A DNA stretch of 32,000 nucleotides from Candidatus Saccharimonas aalborgensis (GCF_000392435.1 NC_021219.1:960001-992000), one strand, 5' to 3'; positions 10,151 to 18,158 are shown, counted from the stretch's first letter. The notes: generated from the letters alone by a model not told the origin. Program-made: numbers and translations.

Positions 10151-10578
10151 CTAGAGAGGTATGTCGCTAGCAGAAAAAACTGCCTGACGCGTGATATTGT
10201 CGAGGTTTAGTTTTGTGAGATCGCGGGGGCTCACCCACTGAAATGCAGAATGTTCTTCACTCAGAGTTAGAACGAACCGTGCGGTGGTAAGCCGATACGT
10301 GAGACGAACAACATGGATATCTCTCTTGGTAACGAAAATATCCTGCGCGGCGATTAGCAATGGTATTTCGTCTGGTACTACTCCAATTTCTCGTGTAACT
10401 CTCTTTTGAGCGCTGTCTCGAGCGATTCGTCCACGTTGATCCGGCCCCCAGGAATATCCCATGTCTCGGCAATATCATGCTGATCGCTTTTTGCGCGTTG
10501 AAGAACCAGCGTATTGCCAGATTCGTCGGTTATAATAACTTTGACGCCAATTTGGAGTTGCATAGTAGCCCTGTTCAC
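10151..10578 (-). pseudogene. NUDIX hydrolase, apparently frameshifted inside the NUDIX box
   Basis: Two overlapping minus-strand ORFs (10378-10578 and 10151-10462). Frame 1 gives GGRINVDESLETALKRELHE, then KLE-stop; the -1 frame continues REIGVVPDEIPLLIAAQDIFVTKRDIHVVRLTYRL. Adding one base near 10390 restores RELHEEIGVV. Confidence 0.85.
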
Positions 10579-11069
10579 CGGTAATTTGTAAATACTAAGG
10601 GAAAATCAAAGTCGGCTGCGCGGAGTGTTGACATGACAGCTTGCAATTCATCTTTGCTTGCACTCGTACAGCGTACCGCCGGCCCCTGTATCTGCGTCCT
10701 AACTTTTGGGTGAGAGTCTTTGAGCAATTTTGTGATCTTTTTGGCATCATCTTGGCTCAGCCCATCGCGAAACAGTACATCTTTCCAAGCTCGTAAGTTT
10801 GCTTCAGTTACCTTGCCGCTGAGGTCGAGGACTTTGCTGGTCATTACGCGCTTGGCAAGCTGTTTACCGATCATATCAATGATCGTCTCGAGCTGCCACT
10901 CGTTGCTTCCTATGACCTTGAAGCCCTTTTTGTCAGTCAGCCACTCCACGGCAGCTGGTGTACCCTTAAAATCATATCGACTAGAAATCTCTCTCATGAC
11001 AAGTTGCTCGACATTGTTCATCTCGGCTTTATCGTACGTGGATTCGATATCAAAACTATAGTTCGCCAT
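10575..11069 (-). CDS. yajQ: YajQ family nucleotide-binding protein
   Basis: MANYSFDIESTYDKAEMNNVEQLVMREISSRYDFKGTPAAVEW...RVQIQG-like KVRTQIQGPAVRCTSASKDELQAVM. Confidence 0.92.
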   Translation of the reverse strand: MANYSFDIESTYDKAEMNNVEQLVMREISSRYDFKGTPAAVEWLTDKKGFKVIGSNEWQLETIIDMIGKQLAKRVMTSKVLDLSGKVTEANLRAWKDVLFRDGLSQDDAKKITKLLKDSHPKVRTQIQGPAVRCTSASKDELQAVMSTLRAADFDFPLVFTNYR

Positions 11070-11156
11070 TGATCCGCCTTATTCCTGCATACATTTGCAA
11101 CTCCAAATACCTATACCACGATAATATCATATGCGATGGTTTAAGCAGCAACTACT

Positions 11157-11567
11157 TTAGTCTGCCGACAATCGTGAGCAACCGTTTGTGTTGTCACTCC
11201 GCATTGCTTTTTCAATTGGTATCATTCTGCAGTGAATTTTCTCCATGCCGAGTAGTTTTGCTTTGCACATCCTGTGAAGTCCATCAAATGGTACTAGCTT
11301 ATTGACGCGTGGGTTTAGCCCCAGGTCGATTGGGTATGACAGATCAGCAGTTTCTATTCTTTTGAAATGGTCGGGGTCGAGCTCGGGATTAGCCATGACT
11401 TCGTTTGGCGTTAGCGGATGCTCATCAGTGCCAAACCAATCAACGTCCAACAGCCATTCAATTTGCGATAGTTCAATGTCTGTGACAGGAGCATCTATCT
11501 TCCAGATGGCCTTTTCGTTCCACTCAAACGGAAAGAAGTAGTCTTCTTGTTTTAATTTTGGCTTCAT
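11157..11567 (-). CDS. Small ParB/Srx-nuclease-like domain protein
   Basis: 136 aa; PIDLGLNPRVNKLVPFDGLHRMCKAKLLGMEKIHCRMIP resembles the ParB-like DGxHRxxAAKxLG signature. Confidence 0.55.
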   Translation of the reverse strand: MKPKLKQEDYFFPFEWNEKAIWKIDAPVTDIELSQIEWLLDVDWFGTDEHPLTPNEVMANPELDPDHFKRIETADLSYPIDLGLNPRVNKLVPFDGLHRMCKAKLLGMEKIHCRMIPIEKAMRSDNTNGCSRLSAD

Positions 11568-11606
11568 ACGCGCTAACCCGTTTCTTAATATGTGGGAAAT
11601 TCAATC

Positions 11607-11682
11607 TGGAGCCACGACTGGGATTTGAACCCAGGACCCCGTCCTTACCATGGACGTGCTCTACCAACTGAGCTATCGCGGC
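11607..11682 (-). tRNA. tRNA-Thr (anticodon GGT), CCA encoded
   Basis: Reverse complement GCCGCGATAGCTCAGTTGGTAGAGCACGTCCATGGTAAGGACGGGGTCCTGGGTTCAAATCCCAGTCGTGGCTCCA. Confidence 0.95.
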
Positions 11683-11806
11683 ATATTATTTGTCCTAAAA
11701 AAGTGTACCACTTATAGAGAGAAAGTTCCAGTATTGCTCGACTCTAGTTTGCATAATCTTGCGTTTCCAAGACACTTGTTTCGAATGCGCGGTACACCGT
11801 GGGGAG

Positions 11807-12460
11807 CTATTGACCGATAATACTAACTGATCGAGCAATGATAAGCGCCAGTGTCGTAACCGAGATGAGAGCTTGTGCACTCATAAGCAGTTTGGCTTGT
11901 CGGGTCATTGGTACCGTATCGGCAGAAGCAAAGTTGATGGCATTGGTTACAGATATGTAAAGATAATCTATAAACTGGGGGCGCCATGCTTGAAATATGT
12001 GTGAGTGTATCTGCTGCGGGAACAAAAAATCTTTGTCGTACCGCGACCATCGTTTACCTGAGAACCCGGGGCTATCTATCTCCCAATACCATAACGCAAA
12101 GACAATAATATTTGTCAAAAATATCGCGATTGCCGTACCGAGCAAACGATAGCCGACTAACCCAGAGTTAGTCACGAGTAGATGCAATATTGTGGCGATA
12201 GAACTGACATTTTCAACTGAAATCAGCCCGAGAAGTATAAACGATACTATTCGGTAGGGAGCCGTGGTTAGGAGAGATGGGCGGAAGATAGTGAGTGACA
12301 TCAGGGCGATGAACGTCAACTCAGTTAGCATGATGAGTGTATGAGGACTGTAAGCAGTATTACCATTCATAATCCAGATTGAGGACTGCAACCCAAGAGC
12401 CGCAACAAGGGCGCCAAATGCTACAAGTAGTTCAGGACGGGAAATATGAGGCACGGTCAT
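11807..12460 (-). CDS. Multi-pass membrane protein, DUF1345/ion-channel-like
   Basis: 217 aa hydrophobic ORF; C-terminal FIDYLYISVTNAINFASADTVPMTRQAKLLMSAQALISVTTLALIIARSVSII resembles channel/DUF1345 C-termini. Confidence 0.6.
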   Translation of the reverse strand: MTVPHISRPELLVAFGALVAALGLQSSIWIMNGNTAYSPHTLIMLTELTFIALMSLTIFRPSLLTTAPYRIVSFILLGLISVENVSSIATILHLLVTNSGLVGYRLLGTAIAIFLTNIIVFALWYWEIDSPGFSGKRWSRYDKDFLFPQQIHSHIFQAWRPQFIDYLYISVTNAINFASADTVPMTRQAKLLMSAQALISVTTLALIIARSVSIIGQ

Positions 12461-12525
12461 AATGCTAGTATAGCACTCGGTGCCTCTCTTCGCCGTACCA
12501 ATGGTTTGAGTTTTACTTCGCGGCT

Positions 12526-12566
12526 AAAATAGTAGCCCTATCCATGAGGGATAAGGCTACTATTTT
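12526..12566 (-). terminator. Long hairpin terminator directly abutting the tRNA-Tyr 3' end
   Basis: aaaatagtagccctatcc-atgag-ggataaggctactatttt: 18-bp arms with one mismatch, terminal A/T runs on both strands. Confidence 0.75.
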
Positions 12567-12650
12567 GGTACCGGAGGTAGGACTCGAACCTACGAAGGCT
12601 TGCGCCGAGAGATTTACAGTCTCTTGTCATTGCCGCTAGACGACTCCGGC
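12566..12650 (-). tRNA. tRNA-Tyr (anticodon GTA), class II with long variable arm, CCA encoded
   Basis: Reverse complement GCCGGAGTCGTCTAGCGGCAATGACAAGAGACTGTAAATCTCTCGGCGCAAGCCTTCGTAGGTTCGAGTCCTACCTCCGGTACCA; acceptor closes with a G-U pair. Confidence 0.9.
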
Positions 12651-12665
12651 ATGCCGCTGTCGCTC

Positions 12666-12737
12666 ATGAGACAAACCGGAGGTTTTTCTCATCGCGCCGG
12701 GCGCGAAATAAATTCGCGTCTCGGGCTGCTCTTTTCC
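12666..12737 (-). ncRNA. Copy A of a repeated structured element (possible ncRNA or cis element; strand uncertain)
   Basis: Near-identical over most of its length to 27205-27278. Minus strand: GGAAAAGAGCAGCCCGAGACGCGAATTTATTTCGCGCCCGGCGCGATGAGAAAAACCTCCGGTTTGTCTCAT; hairpins CGCGAA/TTCGCG and ATGAGA-AAAACC/GGTTTG-TCTCAT. Confidence 0.5.
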
Positions 12738-12774
12738 TAAATGCACACGCAACGCATAGGTTATGTGCACATCA

Positions 12775-12851
12775 TGGAGCCGCTTCTCGGACTTGAACCG
12801 AGGACCTACTGTTTACAAAACAGTTGCTCTAACCAACTGAGCTAAAGCGGC
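12775..12851 (-). tRNA. tRNA-Thr (anticodon TGT), CCA encoded
   Basis: Reverse complement GCCGCTTTAGCTCAGTTGGTTAGAGCAACTGTTTTGTAAACAGTAGGTCCTCGGTTCAAGTCCGAGAAGCGGCTCCA. Confidence 0.94.
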
Positions 12852-12911
12852 ACATACACCATTTTACCAGAGGTTAGTAGTGTAAATCAACAAAACCATT
12901 GTCAGTTATGA

Positions 12912-13568
12912 TCACATCACCACTTTTCGTACTTGCTGTACTGATTTTGCAGGTGGGTTTTTGCTTGCAATGGCTTTTTGGATTTTATCACGTAGTTCAA
13001 CTGACTTTTCGGTTTCACCTAAGCGATCGTAGGCATCTGCAAGGATATGGTATGACTGAATACTGGGTTCAATATCCGCTGCGCGTTCAAGCGACTCGAT
13101 CATTTTTTTATCATTCCCCAGCTTCTCCTGTACTTTCGCGTAGGCGATATAACGTGAGGCTAGACTATCCTCCATAGCCAGCGCTTGCTCAAAGGCAAGT
13201 GCCGCCTTGTCGTAGTGTGCTGTTTCGTAGTATATCAAGCCAACATTATGCAGGCTGCTTGCACTTGGCTCGAGACTTTGTGCGATCTCAAAACATTCGA
13301 TCGCATCGGAATACGCTTGCTGTTTGGCGTAGAGGATGCCGAGACGGTTGTAGGCGGTGGCATTTCGTTCGTCGACACGTAAAATAGTCAACAACGCTTT
13401 TTCGGCTCTAAGATATTTTCGCTCCTTTAGTGATTCCTGCGCGATGTCCCACAGCCGTTCAAGTTTAATAGACAACTTTTGAGGGATGTCCGCTGCTGCC
13501 TCTATAACAGTTTGCTGGCGAGACACAGTCCAGATTCCGAGGATAAGTATAAGAAGTAGCCCTAGCAT
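12912..13568 (-). CDS. Membrane-anchored TPR-repeat protein
   Basis: N-terminal hydrophobic MLGLLLILILGIWTV followed by TPR-like repeats (NATAYNRLGILYAKQQAYSDAIECFEIAQSLEPSASSLHNVGLIYYETAHYDKAALAFEQALAMED). Confidence 0.85.
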   Translation of the reverse strand: MLGLLLILILGIWTVSRQQTVIEAAADIPQKLSIKLERLWDIAQESLKERKYLRAEKALLTILRVDERNATAYNRLGILYAKQQAYSDAIECFEIAQSLEPSASSLHNVGLIYYETAHYDKAALAFEQALAMEDSLASRYIAYAKVQEKLGNDKKMIESLERAADIEPSIQSYHILADAYDRLGETEKSVELRDKIQKAIASKNPPAKSVQQVRKVVM

Positions 13569-13580
13569 ATCTTACATGTA

Positions 13581-14411
13581 TTATACCACGAGTGAGAGGA
13601 GGTGGATACGGACGTTCCCGTTGGCGGAGATGGCACTATGCGCGGCAGCATACTGCTCGCAGCGCTCGATCAGTTCTTTTGTAGGTGCCGATGACAACGA
13701 TCGTTTCATGATGATAAGTGCGCTTTGGAGCAGAGTGAGGGCTGCAGTTCTATCGGTCGCATAATTATGGATCAACACTACTTTTTCGTACGCAGACCCC
13801 TGTAATAGTATACGGGCATCACCTATATTTTTTGCTTGAACAGAAAAGTACGCCGTATCCTCGACAAGCCTGGTGAGTTCACCTGGAAGACCCTCGGCCA
13901 AAAAAAGCATTTTCTGTATTGTCGACTCGTCTGTTATACCGAGAGAATTCAACAGCTGACGCGACTGAGTGCGGTCAATGGGTAGTACTGTTACCTGTTG
14001 GACGCGTGACAAAACTGTGGCAAGTAACAGCTGAGGCTTGTGTGCGAGCAAGATGAACTTGATGTGCTCGTTTGGTTCCTCAAGTAGTTTTAGGAAGGCA
14101 TTTTGCGCAGAATGGTTCATTGTATCAGCTTGATCAAGTATATATACCTGGTCATGGGGCGCGATGGTGCGTGTTTGACGATAGAGCTCGCGAATTTGTT
14201 CGACGCGAATGACACCTTTTTCGTTGTCAGGTTGACCGTCGACTGTGGTCGGTGAGATGACACCCGCAATAGCTGTACCGGCGATGCCTCGGGCGGCCGT
14301 CATAAGGCCTACTCCTGTTGGGCCCACCAGGAGGAGCCCATGAGGAGTGGTTTGCTTTAGGCGGCGAATTGCCGCCACTGTCGCGCTATTATAGACGTGA
14401 TGAGAGCTCAT
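13581..14411 (-). CDS. holB: DNA polymerase III delta'-like subunit (clamp-loader AAA+)
   Basis: HGLLLVGPTGVGLMTAARGIAG (degenerate Walker A), VYILDQADTMNHSAQNAFLKLLEEPNEHIKFILLAHKPQLLLATVLSRVQQV. Confidence 0.82.
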   Translation of the reverse strand: MSSHHVYNSATVAAIRRLKQTTPHGLLLVGPTGVGLMTAARGIAGTAIAGVISPTTVDGQPDNEKGVIRVEQIRELYRQTRTIAPHDQVYILDQADTMNHSAQNAFLKLLEEPNEHIKFILLAHKPQLLLATVLSRVQQVTVLPIDRTQSRQLLNSLGITDESTIQKMLFLAEGLPGELTRLVEDTAYFSVQAKNIGDARILLQGSAYEKVVLIHNYATDRTAALTLLQSALIIMKRSLSSAPTKELIERCEQYAAAHSAISANGNVRIHLLSLVV

Positions 14412-15570
14412 GAGGTATCTCTGGAAATAGTTGTATAAACTCGTCAGGAATTGGTGCGGTGAATGTTTGCCGGGTACTCGCCCTTGGCGTAATCTCTAGC
14501 TGATACGCGTGCAAAAAGAGGCGGGTGTTTGATTTGCCATATATCCTATCGCCATGGATGGGTGTTCCTAGATGAGCCATATGGACGCGCAACTGGTGGG
14601 TACGTCCCGTGCTCGGATGGAGTAGTACTAGAGACTTTCCTGCTTTCGTTGCGATAACCTCATAGTCAGTACGTGCAGGTTTGCCATTGGGATCAACCCG
14701 AAAGGTGCTGGGGCTCGAAGGATTACGGCCGATCGGAAGATCAATAGTAGCCTTGGGATGCTTCGGTACTCCGTCCACAATAGCCAAGTAGTGCTTGTTT
14801 GCTTTTCTGTCAGAAAACTGACGCTTGAGACGCTGAAACGACTCTAGTGTCCTTGCGCCAACAATAATGCCACTTGTGTCTCTGTCGAGCCGATGGACGA
14901 TACCGGGTCGATTTGTCTCGAGTCCAACTGAGCTATATCGACGGAAAAAGTCAGCAACAGTAAACTCGTCAGACAGTGCACCCTTGGCGTGGGTGAGCAC
15001 GCCTGAAGGCTTGTTGACGACAATGATACCATCGTCGATATACATGATAGGAAGTTCTCGAGCACTGAAGTCGCTCGCTTCAGGAAGAGACACGGCGATG
15101 TAATCTGCTTCACTCACCTCTTGACGCACATTTTTTGCTGGTATTGAGTTGACAGTGACTGCACCGGCCTTGATATGTTTCTGCCAGGTACTTCGACTCG
15201 TGTCTGGGAAGCGTTCAGCGAGGATGATGTCGAGACGTTTCTTATCGCTTTCTTGACGAAACAAATAGACGTCTTTGCCCTTAAATGGCAACCCAAACGT
15301 TGTCAGCTCGCTCACGGCATTTTCAAGTAGCTGACCCTGAATGTTGCTATCCACGATTTTGATCTGATCTACGACGTATTGCTCGTTATCCTCGGCCGTG
15401 TCATCAAACAACACATAGTAGCGAGTTTTTGCGAAACGAAACGAAACAAGCTGGTTTATCGGACGAGGATGGTTTGACCGAAGTTGATCGATTTCTCGTG
15501 GTACGTTCGTCTCACCTGCAATATTAAACCGACGCAAAATTGCTAAGAGGTCTGATGAAGTTACCTTCAT
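14389..15570 (-). CDS. RluA-family pseudouridine synthase with S4-like domain and a ~100-aa N-terminal extension
   Basis: KKRLDIILAERFPDTSRSTWQKHIKAGAVTVN (S4-like), GIVHRLDRDTSGIIVGARTLESF, LLHPSTGRTHQLRVHMAHLGTPIHGDRIYG. Confidence 0.92.
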   Translation of the reverse strand: MKVTSSDLLAILRRFNIAGETNVPREIDQLRSNHPRPINQLVSFRFAKTRYYVLFDDTAEDNEQYVVDQIKIVDSNIQGQLLENAVSELTTFGLPFKGKDVYLFRQESDKKRLDIILAERFPDTSRSTWQKHIKAGAVTVNSIPAKNVRQEVSEADYIAVSLPEASDFSARELPIMYIDDGIIVVNKPSGVLTHAKGALSDEFTVADFFRRYSSVGLETNRPGIVHRLDRDTSGIIVGARTLESFQRLKRQFSDRKANKHYLAIVDGVPKHPKATIDLPIGRNPSSPSTFRVDPNGKPARTDYEVIATKAGKSLVLLHPSTGRTHQLRVHMAHLGTPIHGDRIYGKSNTRLFLHAYQLEITPRASTRQTFTAPIPDEFIQLFPEIPHELSSRL

Positions 15571-16601
15571 TATGCTCTCAAGCCTATGGCTCGCTGAACA
15601 CGGAGTAGCGTGCTATTTGCAACGTCATTCATAGCTGCCTCGCTGGTTTCTAGCTTGTGGAGGATCAGCTGGTCGTCAACGCTCTGTAAGCGTTCCTGAA
15701 AACTGCGGAGGAATTCTGCCATTTCATCTGCCACAACTTGCTTGAAGTCCCCGTATCGCTGGCTCCCCTTGAACTCGGCTTCTACTTCTAGGGGTGATGT
15801 ATTACGGAGAAGGGCCAGGATGTCGATCAAGTTTGCAATCCCTGGTTGGTTGACTTTGTCGTACTGAATATTGGCCTTATCATCAGTGGTGGCGCCCATG
15901 ATTTTTTTACGCGCAACCTCAGGATCATCACTGAGAAAGATCACGCCCTTGCCTGTTTCGTCGCTTTTGCTCATTTTTTTGCTCGGATCGAGCAGGTCTT
16001 TAATACGCAACCCCTGATCTTTACCAAAGAACGCGTGCTGTCGAACAACAGGCTCGGGTACCGTAAATACTTCACCAAAGCGATTGTTCATACGCTCGGC
16101 GATATCACGGGTAAACTCAAGATGTTGGGTTTGGTCATCACCAACGGGCACATAGGCGGCATTGTAAAGCAAAATATCGCACGCCATAAGTACTGGATAA
16201 TTAAATAATCCTACACTTACCTGATCTTCACCTGACTTGTATGATTTTTCTTTGTATTGGATCATGCGACCCATCTCACCCATGCCAGTGAAGCAGTCTG
16301 CTATCCATGTCAACTCACTGTGAGCTGGCACATAGCTCTGACGATACAGGTGGATCGCATCATTATCGAGTGGTAGTCCGGCTGCGACAAACACACGGGC
16401 GTTATTCATGATGCTTTCATTGAGAGTCGAGTGGTCTATTGGGGTTGTGAAACTATGAAGATCGGGGATAAAAAGATTGATATCAAACTCGTCTGAACGA
16501 GTCTTTGCCATATCGATGATCGGGAGCATCGCTCCGAAATAGTTGCCGATGTGGAGGTCGTTGTTGGCACGAATACCAGTGAGAATAACTTGCTTTGTCA
16601 T
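15570..16601 (-). CDS. trpS: Tryptophan--tRNA ligase
   Basis: MTKQVILTGIRANNDLHIGNYFGAMLPIIDMAK..., QYKEKSYKSGEDQVSVGLFNYPVLMACDILLY, KDLLDPSKKMSKSDETGKGVIFLSDD. Confidence 0.95.
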   Translation of the reverse strand: MTKQVILTGIRANNDLHIGNYFGAMLPIIDMAKTRSDEFDINLFIPDLHSFTTPIDHSTLNESIMNNARVFVAAGLPLDNDAIHLYRQSYVPAHSELTWIADCFTGMGEMGRMIQYKEKSYKSGEDQVSVGLFNYPVLMACDILLYNAAYVPVGDDQTQHLEFTRDIAERMNNRFGEVFTVPEPVVRQHAFFGKDQGLRIKDLLDPSKKMSKSDETGKGVIFLSDDPEVARKKIMGATTDDKANIQYDKVNQPGIANLIDILALLRNTSPLEVEAEFKGSQRYGDFKQVVADEMAEFLRSFQERLQSVDDQLILHKLETSEAAMNDVANSTLLRVQRAIGLRA

Positions 16602-16618
16602 ATGTTACTCCTATTGTA

Positions 16619-17332
16619 TCACTTATCGATTGTTATTTTCTCTGGCGCAGAGGCCTTAAAACCCAGATAGTTGGTCTGTTTTTTATAAGAATTCTCGCCA
16701 GTCATGATGGGGACAAATCCGAGCTTTTTGTTCATCTTGAAGTTAACGAACCCATCGGCTTCTCTAGTCGTGACGTCCTTTTTGTAGATCTTGTCGACCA
16801 TATGGTAGACATCCTTTGTGACAGCACCTCGAGTGCCTCGGACAAAACGACGCAAATCATTAGTGATATGGTTTAGGAGTTCGAGCGTAATATGATCGTT
16901 TGGCACCTCGTAGCCGACGACATTGGTTACTGCGGAGGCAATATCGTTAAGGGACTTTACTTCGAGGACCGTCTTGATGTGGCTGGCTCTGAGGAAGCGT
17001 CGAAGCGCAGTGTCCTCAAGATTACCGACAATAAGACAGTTCGGCTGCTTGCATGTCGTTGTATGCATATCGAGAATGATATCAGGCTTAGTGGTATCGA
17101 TATAGCGTAGTATCTCTCTCGCGCGCTGCTCCTCGTAGCGCGCGCCGTTACTTTGATAGCTTCGGTTGAGGTCGGACTGAATATAGCGCTTGTGTGCGGC
17201 ATAGGCGCGCGGGTTACCGATCACAAAGTCGATTGATTCAAGGAGCGCTGAATGTTGCGCAAGCAAGAATTGATATAGTTTGATACCAAGTAACTCGTTA
17301 CCGTGTGTGGCTGCAATTATCAGTAACTTCAT
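16619..17332 (-). CDS. Succinylglutamate desuccinylase/aspartoacylase (AstE/AspA, M14-related) family protein
   Basis: IIAATHGNELLGIKLYQFL, SDLNRSY, DIILDMHTTTCKQPNCLI zinc-site-like motifs. Confidence 0.8.
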   Translation of the reverse strand: MKLLIIAATHGNELLGIKLYQFLLAQHSALLESIDFVIGNPRAYAAHKRYIQSDLNRSYQSNGARYEEQRAREILRYIDTTKPDIILDMHTTTCKQPNCLIVGNLEDTALRRFLRASHIKTVLEVKSLNDIASAVTNVVGYEVPNDHITLELLNHITNDLRRFVRGTRGAVTKDVYHMVDKIYKKDVTTREADGFVNFKMNKKLGFVPIMTGENSYKKQTNYLGFKASAPEKITIDK

Positions 17333-17953
17333 CTCTCATACTCCTCTTTGACCCGAGCAGCCACTACGAGCGCATGACGCACGCTCTGGAGTGCTGGGAA
17401 TTGTTCTTTTAATGGTACTCCACCTTTTGTCGCGGGTCTATCTGCAGGATCATTGCCTTGAAACAACCCTGCTTCGCTATATCGGTTCATATGATATGTT
17501 ACATTGCCTCGTAGCGATGCGTGGGGTTGAGCCGCGGCAAGTGCCATCAATTCATGATCATCATCGAGCGGCGCAAGTGATGAGGTCACATGACGCATCA
17601 TACGCAGTATCGCGGGGTTTCGCGTGTAGGTTGTCAGATAGAGTGGTTTTTCATTTGCAACGAGTCGTGTTAGTAAGTCAGTTGCAATCCCGAGTCCTTG
17701 ATACTCTGGGTGAACAACTCGCCCCGCAAGCTCAATCGCTTTACCGCCAAAGATGTCTCCGGGCCATCGAAAATGCGATGAGCTGGTTTGAGTCATATAG
17801 TGTGGCGATAAAATCAGACGAATAGATATGACTAATAGTGTCTTTAAGCATCGCGGGAGTATCACCTTGACCAAAGCCCCGACCCGCCAAGTGTGCAATA
17901 GCAACATGTTCTTTATCTGATAATTGATTCGAGTTTTTTTGTACGTATTCCAT
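17329..17953 (-). pseudogene. GNAT-family acetyltransferase, apparently frameshifted
   Basis: N-terminal part in 17741-17953 (MEYVQKNSNQLSDKEHVAIAHLAG...DSNQLIAFSMARRHLWR-stop). C-terminal part in a different frame of 17329-17907 (GDIFGGKAIELAGRVVHPEYQGLGIATDLLTRL). The switch lies at GGCCCGG near 17760. Confidence 0.82.
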
Positions 17954-17979
17954 GATAGTTTATTCCTTTCATACCGATT

Positions 17980-18000
17980 AAAAAAGTCGCCAGTGGCGAC
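17980..18000 (-). terminator. Intrinsic terminator/attenuator in the leader of the GNAT gene
   Basis: Minus strand GTCGCCACTGGCGAC followed by TTTTTT. Confidence 0.8.
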
Positions 18001-18092
18001 CTACAATTTTTTTGAAATAATTAACTAGAGATCGCCACGTGAAGTGTCGATATACCAATATGAGCTGTTAGTAATATGACTCATACTTTCAT

Positions 18093-18121
18093 TATACTAC
18101 TTCATTAAGCTTGTGTCAATA
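18093..18121 (-). promoter_or_regulatory. Consensus sigma70-type promoter
   Basis: Minus strand TTGACA - 17 nt (CAAGCTTAATGAAGTAG) - TATAAT. Confidence 0.85.
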
Positions 18122-18127
18122 GCCACC

Positions 18128-18158
18128 AAAGAACCACCCTCAGAGGTGGTTCTTTTTT
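18128..18158. terminator. Intrinsic terminator-like hairpin beyond rpsI
   Basis: aaaGAACCACCctcagaGGTGGTTCtttttt; 8-bp stem, T-tract best on the plus strand (TTTTTT) and only TTT on the minus strand. Confidence 0.6.

Noticed and set aside
10385-10400. Programmed -1 ribosomal frameshift in the NUDIX gene
   Set aside because: No canonical slippery heptamer; a simple slip would give K instead of the catalytic E in RELHEEIG, so a 1-nt indel explains it better.
12666-12737. Small plus-strand ORF starting at the ATG of each element copy (MRQxxGFSHRA...)
   Set aside because: No Shine-Dalgarno upstream in either copy and the frame diverges after the 2-nt length difference; more consistent with RNA/DNA-level conservation.
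12899-13177. Plus-strand ORFs opposite the TPR gene (12899-13177, 13486-13764)
   Set aside because: Low-complexity antisense reading of confident minus-strand genes without RBS support.
13581-14411. Degenerate Walker A (GPTGVGLMT, Lys replaced) in the holB-like protein as a sign of new function
   Set aside because: Delta' clamp-loader subunits commonly have non-functional nucleotide-binding motifs, so this is expected.
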